Shown one piece after another: positions 29,533 to 38,304 of a DNA stretch of 64,000 nt; the stretch's first letter is position 1, and every line of letters begins with the position of its first letter. A program made the position numbers and the translations under genes. The DNA comes from Trueperaceae bacterium (GTDB taxonomy: Bacteria; Deinococcota; Deinococci; Deinococcales; Trueperaceae), in the NCBI GenBank assembly GCA_965213705.1, contig OZ243913.1, positions 2,112,001 to 2,176,000 on the forward strand, written 5' to 3'. Below the pieces are notes generated by a model. That model was given only the letters and a program-made list of their open reading frames with translations. It ran no database searches and was not told the origin of the DNA.

Positions 29533-30869
29533 GTTTGCGCGCCCGGCTGGCGCTGTTCATCGCCGTGGCGATTGCCGCGGCGCTGCTGGTGCAGGGCCTG
29601 TTCGGCTACGTGAGTTTTCGGCAGCAGGCTTACGCGAGTTTGGACCGCAACTTGCGTTTGTACCTGACGCAACTCCAAACGTCCCAGCGCGAGCGCGGCC
29701 CGCGCGGCGGCTCACGTAACGCGCAAGTTTTGGGCGAGCTTTTCGAGGGCTACGTTGCTAGCGCGCGCGTCGTCAGAGAAGGCCGGGTGGTTGCGCAGTC
29801 GGAGGCTTTTCCGGCGGACGTGCCGGTCGGGTTCGAGTCGCAACCCGACATGCACGGCGGTTGGCGCGTCGGCAGCGCCGCGCTGCGCCCAGCGCCGCCG
29901 AGCCTGCCCCAGGCTGCCGCGCAGGGCTCGCCCGCTACTTATCCCGCTGAGTACGTTCAAGCTGCCGTTTCGTCGCGCGAACTGCTCGAGGGTTTGCAGC
30001 GCTACCGCCGCACGCTTCTCGCCACGGTGGTCGGCGTTTCCTGGTTGGGCGCGCTGGTCGCCCTGCTGCTCAGCCGCCCCGCCTTGCGCCCCTTGCAGCA
30101 CCTGCTCGGCACGGCGCGGCGCGTGGCGGACTCGGGCGACCTGTCGCTCCGGGTGCCGCCCGGCGGGGGCGGTGAGTTGGGCGAACTGAGCGCGACCTTC
30201 AACCGGATGCTGGAACGTCTGGCCGCCTTCGGCGCGCGGGAAAACAGCTTTACCCGCAACGCCTCGCACGAACTTCGCACCCCCCTGGCCGCGATGCGGT
30301 TGCACCTCAGTTCCTACCGCGAGGGTTACGGCAGCGCCGAAGAAACGCTTTTAGTGTTGAACGAAGAGGTCGAGCGGATGACGCGCCTGAGCGAAGCCCT
30401 TTTAACGCTCGCCCGCGAAGGTCGGACGCAGCGCGTCGGCGTGGACTTGGCAGAACTTGCTAAAGAGACGGCCGGCGAGGCCGGAGCCCAGTACCGGGGC
30501 CCGGAGCGCCTCGAGCTGTCCGGCGACCCCCTCTTGGTGCGCCAAGCCCTCGTCAACCTGCTGGAAAACGCGCGCAAACACGCGCCCGGTGCCGAAGTTG
30601 AGGTGAGGCTCGAGACCCGGACCTTCTCGACTCAAACCTTCGCCGTCGTGAGCGTTACGGACAGCGGGCCGGGACTTACGCCCGAAGCCATGAACCGAGC
30701 CGGTGAGGCGTTTTACCGCGCGCCGGGCACGCGCGCTCCGGGCAGCGGTTTGGGTCTGGCCGTGGCGAAACAGGTCGCCGAGACCCACGGCGGGCGGCTC
30801 GAGCTTGTGCGGGGCGCGCCGACGGGTTTACGAGCCGAACTGTGGCTGCGCTTGTCCCCGGACTCTTAA
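29529..30869 (+). CDS. HAMP-domain sensor histidine kinase
   Basis: Two TMs, HAMP, NASHELRTPL, NLLENARKH, DSGPG, GSGLGLA; ATGA overlap. Confidence 0.94.
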   Translation: MSLRARLALFIAVAIAAALLVQGLFGYVSFRQQAYASLDRNLRLYLTQLQTSQRERGPRGGSRNAQVLGELFEGYVASARVVREGRVVAQSEAFPADVPVGFESQPDMHGGWRVGSAALRPAPPSLPQAAAQGSPATYPAEYVQAAVSSRELLEGLQRYRRTLLATVVGVSWLGALVALLLSRPALRPLQHLLGTARRVADSGDLSLRVPPGGGGELGELSATFNRMLERLAAFGARENSFTRNASHELRTPLAAMRLHLSSYREGYGSAEETLLVLNEEVERMTRLSEALLTLAREGRTQRVGVDLAELAKETAGEAGAQYRGPERLELSGDPLLVRQALVNLLENARKHAPGAEVEVRLETRTFSTQTFAVVSVTDSGPGLTPEAMNRAGEAFYRAPGTRAPGSGLGLAVAKQVAETHGGRLELVRGAPTGLRAELWLRLSPDS

Positions 30870-30886
30870 ACGGGGAGACTCAGGCT

Positions 30887-31240
30887 TTAGGATGAATCGG
30901 GGCGGGAGACGGCGGTGCTGAGTGGGGTCGGCTGCGTCTGCGCGTCGCCCAACACGTGTGCAGCCCCCCCGCCGAAGGTGACCCGGTCGACAAAACGGCC
31001 AAAGTGCGAAGGTCCGAAAAACAGCTGCGTTACCGCAGTTATCTCGGCGTCGTGAATGTCCAACAGGGTTTGCACCGCGGCGGGATAGGCGGAACGGTTG
31101 TGGTCCGTGTGTGCGCCGAGACAGGGCGACGCGTGAGCTAGGAGAGCGTTCTTGGCCTCGGTTGCAGGAGTAACGGCGCGCCGAAAGGCGGCGGCCTGGA
31201 CGCTGAACACGAAGTGCTGCAACAGAGTTTTGTGAACCAT
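30887..31240 (-). CDS. Hypothetical protein (~117 aa)
   Basis: ATG preceded by TACACT at 6 nt (leaderless pattern); no recognised motif. Confidence 0.45.
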   Translation of the reverse strand: MVHKTLLQHFVFSVQAAAFRRAVTPATEAKNALLAHASPCLGAHTDHNRSAYPAAVQTLLDIHDAEITAVTQLFFGPSHFGRFVDRVTFGGGAAHVLGDAQTQPTPLSTAVSRPDSS

Positions 31241-31373
31241 AAAACCAGTGTAGGTTCTCAGGCCTGTTCGCGCCTCGGCAAAAATCACACCCGACGCGAC
31301 CCGTCACGTACACCCGTCGGCTGAACACGAAGTTACGAGGCGAACGGCTGACCCTTGCTCGAGCGAACCAGCG

Positions 31374-31811
31374 TCAGTTCAGGGGTGGCATGTCCACTTG
31401 CCAGTAGCGCACAGGTGCAACCGGCGACCCCGCCAGACGGCGCAGCGTGGCGAGCTGGCCCACGTGCGTTGCCGCGTCGGTCAAAGGCCCTTGCCAAAGT
31501 TGCCCCAAGCTCACCTCACCCGCGGGCTCGAGACCTTGCACAAAAGCGCGGTCGAGGGCGCGCAAACCCTCTAAAAAGCGTGCGCGTTCCTCTTCCCAAC
31601 TCAGGGGATCGAGCTTGGCAAGCGCAACCTCTTCGAACTGCGCGTGGGCGAAGCGCACCAGTCCGGTCATGTGTCGGACCGTTTGGCCGGGACTGCGCAC
31701 CTCGGCACCCGCCGCGAAGTCGCCGAAACCCGCGGGCGCGTTTTCTGTCACGTGCTCGAAGCGGTAGGCGAGGGCGGCGAGGTAGTGGCGCAGCGTGTCC
31801 ACGGTCGTCAC
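31374..31811 (-). CDS. DinB/YfiT-like hypothetical protein
   Basis: RSPGQTVRHM, DAATHVGQLATLRRLAGSP. Confidence 0.72.
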   Translation of the reverse strand: MTTVDTLRHYLAALAYRFEHVTENAPAGFGDFAAGAEVRSPGQTVRHMTGLVRFAHAQFEEVALAKLDPLSWEEERARFLEGLRALDRAFVQGLEPAGEVSLGQLWQGPLTDAATHVGQLATLRRLAGSPVAPVRYWQVDMPPLN

Positions 31812-32692
31812 GGCGTTTCTCCTTGGGTCGGCGAGCTTGCCTCGACGACGCGCACCGGGAAGGGTTCGGTCGCGCTGCCCACGTAGAGACTGCGGTGCGG
31901 AAAAGGAATTTCGACGCCCGCCGCGTCGAACGCTTTTTTGATGTCGACTTGCATACTGTTGCGAAGCTCGAGGTAATTTTCGGTCTTGGCCCAGACGTTG
32001 AACTGGTAGTCGACCGACGAGTCGCCGAAGCCTTGCGCGATAAAGACGGGCTCGGGCTCGTCTAAGCAGAGTTTGTTGTTATAGGCGACCTCTTTCAGCA
32101 GCTTGACGACCTCGCCCAAGTCCTCTTTGTAGGCGACGCCGACGTTTATGTCGACCCGGCGCAGCGGAAAGCGGTTGAGGTTGGTGATTTTCGTCTTCAC
32201 CATCGTCTCGTTGGGAATGCGGATGAACAGGTTGTCAAAGGTACGCAGCTTCGTCGACAACAGGTCGATGCTTAGCACCTCGCCCGTGACGCCGTCGACG
32301 GTGATGACGTCGCCGACTTCGACAGCGCGCTCCAGCACCACGAACAGCCCGCTGATAAGGTTCGACACCGACGTTTGCGACGCGAAACCGACCGCCAGGG
32401 TGACGATGCCCGCCGCGCCGAGTAGCACCCCGAAGTCGAAGCCGAGTTCGCGCAACGCCGAGACGAAAAACAAACCCAAAATCGCGTAGGAGACGGTGCG
32501 CCTGAGCAGCATGAGCTGCTGCCGCGACAGGGTTTTTCCAAAGGCCCGCACCGCGCCCACCCTGGCTAAACGCGCCAACACAAAACCGCTGACAATCAAA
32601 ATAACGGCTTTTAAAACTGAGCCCAGTGCCTCGACCTGCCACACCTGGGCGACCCAGGTGGACAGGCTCGAGCGCAGCGCCTCTAAAGTCAC
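31808..32692 (-). CDS. mscS: Small-conductance mechanosensitive channel
   Basis: GFASQTSVSNLISG, VGDVI, IPNETM, FGDSSV, EIPFPHR. Confidence 0.93.
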   Translation of the reverse strand: MTLEALRSSLSTWVAQVWQVEALGSVLKAVILIVSGFVLARLARVGAVRAFGKTLSRQQLMLLRRTVSYAILGLFFVSALRELGFDFGVLLGAAGIVTLAVGFASQTSVSNLISGLFVVLERAVEVGDVITVDGVTGEVLSIDLLSTKLRTFDNLFIRIPNETMVKTKITNLNRFPLRRVDINVGVAYKEDLGEVVKLLKEVAYNNKLCLDEPEPVFIAQGFGDSSVDYQFNVWAKTENYLELRNSMQVDIKKAFDAAGVEIPFPHRSLYVGSATEPFPVRVVEASSPTQGETP

Positions 32693-33492
32693 ACGTCCTC
32701 CTTGAACAGTTTGCTAAAGGCGCGCACTACCAGGTTTTTGTCCGCGTGTTGGCGGGGCTCGCCCAGGCGCACGGTCGGTCCGACCTCGCGCGGCACCTTT
32801 TTGGAAACCTCCAGGCCCGCCAAGTCGCCGTCCGCTTCGCGCTCCAGGGTGACTTTCGGCGTCCACAAAAACCGGCTCTCGCCGCGGTACACCGCGAGGT
32901 ACTGGACCGGCAGCTTGACGCGTTCTAAGAGCAGCGGGTTGCCCGCCCGGTTGCGCACGCACACCGGCGTGACCGCGCGGTGCGGGCGGAACACCAGCTC
33001 GCCCAGGCTCAAACGCCCGGCGGTGCGGCTGGCGTAACAGAACTCACCCGCGACGGTCGACGACCCGAACCAGGTGTCGGACGGGCGGTACGTGGGCAGC
33101 TCGAGCAGCGTCCCCGTCTTCTCCAGACCGACGCGCACCCACACCGGCGTGCTGACGTACAGGGTCGCCTCTTCGCCGCTCGGAACGTACAGCGGCACCT
33201 CCGGCTTGACCACGACGGCGCGGTCGGCCAGCACGGGGGCCAGGTTCAAGCCCGTCCCGGTTTTCCCGAAGCCGAAGCGCAGCTGCTCGGCACCCTCGGG
33301 CGGCGCGAGTTCGGCGGGGAGAGCGACGTCCACGGCGCTCTCGACGGGGTCGTCTTCCTGGCGGTAAGCCACGCGCCACTCGTGGGCTAAGTTACTCACC
33401 CACAGCTCCAAGGGGCCGACGCGCCAGTACCCCGTCACGCCCTCGGCCAACGCGAAGTCGCCCCAGGGGCTCGTTTTTGTTTCGGCTGCCAT
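32689..33492 (-). CDS. Hypothetical protein (DUF432-like), coupled to mscS
   Basis: LAPVLADRAVVVKP, YVSTPVW, SDTWFG..GEFCY. Confidence 0.7.
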   Translation of the reverse strand: MAAETKTSPWGDFALAEGVTGYWRVGPLELWVSNLAHEWRVAYRQEDDPVESAVDVALPAELAPPEGAEQLRFGFGKTGTGLNLAPVLADRAVVVKPEVPLYVPSGEEATLYVSTPVWVRVGLEKTGTLLELPTYRPSDTWFGSSTVAGEFCYASRTAGRLSLGELVFRPHRAVTPVCVRNRAGNPLLLERVKLPVQYLAVYRGESRFLWTPKVTLEREADGDLAGLEVSKKVPREVGPTVRLGEPRQHADKNLVVRAFSKLFKEDV

Positions 33493-33541
33493 AATTCAGC
33501 TTACCGCAGGCCCTGGCCTCAAGCCCAGACCTCGAGCCTCC

Positions 33542-34837
33542 TCAACCCATGCGCGCGGGCAAAAACAGGGCGAGTTGGGGGAACGCCGTCAGCAGCGCGG
33601 CCAACCCTAACAGCACGAGGAAAAAGGGAAAGGCGGCTCGAGCGACAAAGCCGATAGACTTGCCGCTCACGCCCTGAATTACGAACAAGTTGAAGCCGAC
33701 CGGCGGCGTAATCTGCGCGGCCTCGACCATCAGCACCAAAAAGATGCCGAACCACAGCGGCGAAAACCCGGCCGCCACGACCAGCGGCAGCGTGATGGGC
33801 AGCGTCACCACAATCATCGAAATGCCGTCCAAAAAGAAGCCCAGCAGGATATAAAACCCGACCAGCACCGCGACGAGCGCGTAAGGCGACAAACCCATGC
33901 CGACAATCGTTTGGGCCAGGGCCTTGGGGATGCCGAGCACGCCCATCGCGGTCGAGAGCACGGCCGCGCCCGCGACGATTAAACCGATCATGCAGGTGGT
34001 CCGCACCGAGCCGAGCACCGCCTCGAGAAAGCCCTCAAGCGTGAGCGTCCGGTAGAGGAGCGCCAGCAGCAGCGCCCCGACCACGCCGATGGCCGCCGAC
34101 TCGGTCGGCGTGGCGAGCCCCGCGTAGATGCTGCCCAGCACCGCCAAGATGAGCAAGGTGACCGGCAGCAAACCCAGCAACCCGCGCCACCGTTGCGCCC
34201 AGGTGTAGCGCTCACTGCGTTCCGGCGTGAGCGCGGGCCGCACCAAACTGATGCCGACGATGTAGAGCATAAACCCGCTCGCCAGCAGCAAGCCGGGGAC
34301 GACGCCGGCGATAAACAGTTGCCCGATGGACACCTGCGCCAGCACGCCGTAAATAATCATCACGAGCGAGGGCGGGATGAGAAAGCCGAGCGTGCCCGCC
34401 CCGCCGAGCGAGCCCAGCACGAGCGCGTCGTTGTAGCCGCGCTTGCGCAGCTCAGGAATGGTGATTTTACCAATCGTCGCCGCCGTCGCCGCCGACGAGC
34501 CCGACACGGCGGCGAACAGGGTACTCGCGACGACGTTGGTGTGAACCAGGCCGCCGGGCAGGTTTTCCAACCACGGTGCCAGGCCTGCGAACATCCGCTC
34601 GGAGATTTTGGTGCGCAGCAGCAACTCGCCCATAAAGATGAACAGCGGCAGCGCCACGAGCGCCCACGAGTTCGTGCTGTTGAAACCGATGGTCGCTAAG
34701 ATGTTCAGGGCCGGAAGGGGCGCGAACAACTGCAGCGCGGTCACGGCGAGCAAAAACAGCGACACCGCCACCCACACGCTGAGGCCCAACAGTAAGAACA
34801 GCAAGGGCAAAAGGACGGCGAGGGCGGTCAGAAGCAA
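33542..34837 (-). CDS. dctM: TRAP transporter large permease
   Basis: ALPLFIFMGELL, AVSGSSAATAATIG, GTLGFLIPPS, ATPTESAA, ITPPVGFNLFV. Confidence 0.95.
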   Translation of the reverse strand: MLLTALAVLLPLLFLLLGLSVWVAVSLFLLAVTALQLFAPLPALNILATIGFNSTNSWALVALPLFIFMGELLLRTKISERMFAGLAPWLENLPGGLVHTNVVASTLFAAVSGSSAATAATIGKITIPELRKRGYNDALVLGSLGGAGTLGFLIPPSLVMIIYGVLAQVSIGQLFIAGVVPGLLLASGFMLYIVGISLVRPALTPERSERYTWAQRWRGLLGLLPVTLLILAVLGSIYAGLATPTESAAIGVVGALLLALLYRTLTLEGFLEAVLGSVRTTCMIGLIVAGAAVLSTAMGVLGIPKALAQTIVGMGLSPYALVAVLVGFYILLGFFLDGISMIVVTLPITLPLVVAAGFSPLWFGIFLVLMVEAAQITPPVGFNLFVIQGVSGKSIGFVARAAFPFFLVLLGLAALLTAFPQLALFLPARMG

Positions 34838-34849
34838 GGTTACCTCCGG

Positions 34850-34937
34850 TTGGGTGGGGGAGTAGGGGAGTAGGATGTTGGGAAGTAGAAGTTTTACTTT
34901 CCACTTTCTACTCGGTCCTCGGTACTTTTTTCCTCTC
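34850..34937. repeat. Heptamer-periodic purine/pyrimidine hairpin element between dctQ and dctM
   Basis: gagtagg ggagtag gatgttg ggaagta gaag / actttcc actttct actcggt cctcggt acttttt. Confidence 0.75.
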
Positions 34938-35449
34938 TACAGCGACTGTGTGATGGGTGCCCGCTTCGCGCCGGGCAGCCAGGACTCGGCGACCATCACG
35001 AAGAACTGGAGCCAGAGCAGCGCGGCCCCCAGCGCGACCGCCCCGTGCGGCACGGCGAGGGGCGTCCGTGACGGCATAAACGAGCGCGAGGCGTAGGTAA
35101 CCGACGTCAAAAACTGCTTCCCAAAGGCGTAGACCAGCAGCGTCGCAAAAAACAGGCCGACCAGCAGCACGAAGCGCTCGAGCCACAAACCCGCCCGCTC
35201 GCCTAAGCGCTCGCGCAAGATTTCGACGCGGATGTGCTCACCTCTTTGCAGCGTGTAAGCCGCGCCTAAGTAAATCATCGCCGCCAAAAAGTAACCGCTG
35301 TACTCTTCGGCCACTTGCGTCGAGCGGCCGAAAAAGGTGCGCAGGACGATTTCAGTGGTGATGAGCGCGGTGGTGGCGACCAGGAGCAGGCCCGCCAGCC
35401 AGCCGCCGAACGCCACTACGCGTTTGAGAAGTTTGAGCACCGGACGCAC
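34937..35449 (-). CDS. dctQ: TRAP transporter small permease
   Basis: EIVLRTFF, AEEYSGY, LGAAYTLQRGEHIRVEIL; GTG start at 35449. Confidence 0.9.
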   Translation of the reverse strand: MRPVLKLLKRVVAFGGWLAGLLLVATTALITTEIVLRTFFGRSTQVAEEYSGYFLAAMIYLGAAYTLQRGEHIRVEILRERLGERAGLWLERFVLLVGLFFATLLVYAFGKQFLTSVTYASRSFMPSRTPLAVPHGAVALGAALLWLQFFVMVAESWLPGAKRAPITQSL

Positions 35450-35460
35450 GGCCGAGCGCG

Positions 35461-36438
35461 CTACTGTCCGCGGAACGTCGTCAAAACCTCGGCACCTTCG
35501 TCCCCGGCCAGCTCGAGCCAGCTCGTTTCCAGGTCGGCCGCGACCCCTCGCATCGCTTCGACAAGTTCGGGCGCAACCTCGCTCGTCACGGTCATCCCGT
35601 TGCTCTCCAAGGTGGCGACCGCGGCGTCGTCGGCTCCTCGGGACGCCGCCCACTGCGCGGTTTCGGTCTCGGCGGCGGCCTCCAGCAGGGCGTTTTGTTC
35701 GCTTTCGCTGAGCCTGTTGAAGGCGTCTAAGTTCACCGTCACCATGTTGAGCGGGAAGGCGTAGCCGATGCGGGTAAAGTCGTTCGTGACTTCCCACAGC
35801 GAGGCGTCGACGCCGGTCTGCGACGAGGTCAAAACCGAGTTGATAAGGCCGGTCGAAAGTGCGGTGTAGAGTTCGCTGAAGGGAATCGCCAGCCCTTGCG
35901 CCCCCAAGCCCTCGGCGAACTTGGCGCTGTTGGCGTCGTAGGTGCGCATCTTGAGGCCCTGGATGTCGCTCGGCGCGGTCAGCGGCGTCGCGGTGTAGAT
36001 GCCGCTCGGCGGCCACGGCGCGGCGTAGAGCAACCGCTGGTTGTTGCGCTCCAGCGCGGCCTCGTAAGCGGGCTTGGCGGTTTCATAGAGGGCGCGAGCC
36101 TCGTCATAAGACCCGACCAGCAGCGGCAACGAACTGAGGCCGAACAGCGGCACGTCGCCCTGCGCGTTGCCCATCAGGTTCTCGGCGATGGGCAGCGTGC
36201 CGTCGCGCACCACGCCCAGCACCTCCTGCCCCTGAAACCCGAGCGAGCCGCCCGCGTTGACGTCGATGACCAGACTGCCGCCGGTCTTTTCACTCACCAA
36301 GTCGGCAAAGTTCAGCACGCCCTGCGTGTGAAAGTTCGTCTCGGGCCAGGCGACGTGCATCGTCCACTTCGTCTGGGCGAAACCGGAAGAAACGAACAGC
36401 AAAACGACGAGTAAAAGAATCCTGCGGACATTCGGCAT
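35461..36438 (-). CDS. dctP: TRAP transporter substrate-binding protein
   Basis: GGAGG RBS, signal peptide, NFHTQG, PWPPSGIY, GLKMRTY, ELYTALSTG. Confidence 0.92.
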   Translation of the reverse strand: MPNVRRILLLVVLLFVSSGFAQTKWTMHVAWPETNFHTQGVLNFADLVSEKTGGSLVIDVNAGGSLGFQGQEVLGVVRDGTLPIAENLMGNAQGDVPLFGLSSLPLLVGSYDEARALYETAKPAYEAALERNNQRLLYAAPWPPSGIYTATPLTAPSDIQGLKMRTYDANSAKFAEGLGAQGLAIPFSELYTALSTGLINSVLTSSQTGVDASLWEVTNDFTRIGYAFPLNMVTVNLDAFNRLSESEQNALLEAAAETETAQWAASRGADDAAVATLESNGMTVTSEVAPELVEAMRGVAADLETSWLELAGDEGAEVLTTFRGQ

Positions 36439-36699
36439 GGCGCTGACCTCCTGAAAGACGTTAGGGTCACGGCTCGAGATGGTTTGTAACCCTTTGCGCC
36501 AAAATAACATTTACTTTGTGAAAAGCTTGTGAGAGACCGAAGCTGCGTCCATTTTGAAAATTGGTAAGTTAGACTCGAGTGTACTTGCCTGACGTTAGAA
36601 ACCTTTTTTAACCTTGACACGCTCCTCTTAAACCCTGAATAATCATTTCAGCAAAACCAGACTGGCGGTTCACTGAGTGAAACAAATTAGGTTGACAAA

Positions 36700-37536
36700 G
36701 TGAAGCGAACCGACGTGCCGACGCAAGAGCGGCCGCTTTACCTGCTCGAGTTCTTCAGTCTCGCCCAACCCGCGTGGGGCCTGAGCGAGCTGGCGCAGGC
36801 GAGCGGCTTGCCCAAGGCGAGCTGTCTGCGGGCGCTGCGCGTTTTGGAAACGTACGGCCTCGTGCAGCGGAGCGAGCAGCGTTACCGCTTGGGCGCGCGC
36901 CTCATCGCCCTGGGCAGCCTGGTTCAGGAGAGCTTTCCGCCCCGCCGGGTCGCGCTGCCACACCTGCAAACCCTCCGCGACGCAACTCTGCAGTCGGCGC
37001 AGTGGGTGGTGCTGGAGGGGCTCGAGGGCGTTTACCTGGAGGTCGTCGAGTCGCGCTCGAGGGTGCGGCTGTACATCGCGCCCGGACGCCGCGCGCCGCT
37101 CTACGCCGGAGCCTCGACGCGGCTGCTGCTCGCCTTTGCCGACGCCGAGGTGCAGAACGAGGTGTTCGCAACCAAGCGGGTGCGCTACACCAGCACGACC
37201 CCGACCGACGCGGGCCAGCTCCGCGCCCTGTTGCGGACGAGCCGCCAGACCTGGTTCGCGGCGAGCTTCGGCGAGCTGGAGGCTTTTTCCGCCGAACTCG
37301 CCGCGCCGGTCTTCGGCGGCAAGGGCGAACTCGTCGCTACCGTCAGCGTCGCCGGGGCCGAGACGCACTACCGCGACTTGGTAACCCTGCGGGGCTACGT
37401 CGCCGCCCTGAACACGGCGGCCGAACGCGTCTCGCGCGAACTCGGGTTCGAAGCGCCGTGGGGCGGCGACCCGGCGGCGTTTATGAAGTCCATCGAAGCC
37501 AGGGTCGCCTTTTTGAACGCGGACGCGGTAGGCTAA
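36700..37536 (+). CDS. IclR-family transcriptional regulator
   Basis: GLSELAQASGLPKAS HTH, YRLG, PGRRAPLYAGAS, LAAPVF. Confidence 0.9.
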   Translation: MKRTDVPTQERPLYLLEFFSLAQPAWGLSELAQASGLPKASCLRALRVLETYGLVQRSEQRYRLGARLIALGSLVQESFPPRRVALPHLQTLRDATLQSAQWVVLEGLEGVYLEVVESRSRVRLYIAPGRRAPLYAGASTRLLLAFADAEVQNEVFATKRVRYTSTTPTDAGQLRALLRTSRQTWFAASFGELEAFSAELAAPVFGGKGELVATVSVAGAETHYRDLVTLRGYVAALNTAAERVSRELGFEAPWGGDPAAFMKSIEARVAFLNADAVG

Positions 37537-37539
37537 CTT

Positions 37540-38304
37540 ATGCCGACCATCGACCTCAACGCCGACGCGGGCGAAGCCTTCGGACGCTGGCGGGTTGCCG
37601 ACGAAACGGCGTTGTTCCCGCACCTGACCTCGGTCAACCTGGCCTGCGGTTTCCACGCGGGCGACCCACGGACCATCCTCGAGTCCGTACGCCTCGCCAA
37701 GCGTTTCAGTGTGGCCGTCGGCGCTCACCCCGGTTTCCCTGACAAAGTCGGCTTCGGGCGGCGCGACCTGGCTGCTACGGAAGACGAGGTCTACGCCGAC
37801 ACCTTGTACCAGCTCGGCGCGTTGGGCGCGTTCTTAAAGCTCGAGTCCCTCCCCATGCACCACGTCAAGGCGCACGGCGCGCTTTACCTGAAGATGGCGC
37901 GGGACGAGAGGACGGCTCGCGGGGTCTCGGCAGCCGTCGCCGCCTTCGACCCCGCGCTGCCGCTCGTCGTGCTGGGCGGGCCGGGCGGCGAAACCATGCA
38001 GCGGGCCGCCGAGGCCGCCGGTCTAAAAACGGTCGCCGAGGCTTTCCCCGACCGCGCCTACTTAGCCGACGGCTCCCTCGCCCCGCGCGGCTTGACCGGG
38101 GCCGTCCTGGACGACCCCGAGCGCGTCGCCGAGCGCGCTATAAAAATGGCGACCGGTGCCGCCCTGGACGCCCTGGACGGCGGCACGGTCACCGTGCAGG
38201 CCGACACGCTCTGCCTCCACGGCGACAACGACCACGCCCCCGCCAACGCCGCCGCGGTGCGCCGCGCCCTGGCCGCGGCGGGCGTCGAGGTACGCACGTT
38301 CTAA
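37540..38304 (+). CDS. pxpA: 5-oxoprolinase subunit A (LamB/YcsF)
   Basis: IDLNADAGE, NLACGFHAGDP, GAHPGFPD..GFGRR, HVKAHGALY, TLCLHGD. Confidence 0.93.
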   Translation: MPTIDLNADAGEAFGRWRVADETALFPHLTSVNLACGFHAGDPRTILESVRLAKRFSVAVGAHPGFPDKVGFGRRDLAATEDEVYADTLYQLGALGAFLKLESLPMHHVKAHGALYLKMARDERTARGVSAAVAAFDPALPLVVLGGPGGETMQRAAEAAGLKTVAEAFPDRAYLADGSLAPRGLTGAVLDDPERVAERAIKMATGAALDALDGGTVTVQADTLCLHGDNDHAPANAAAVRRALAAAGVEVRTF

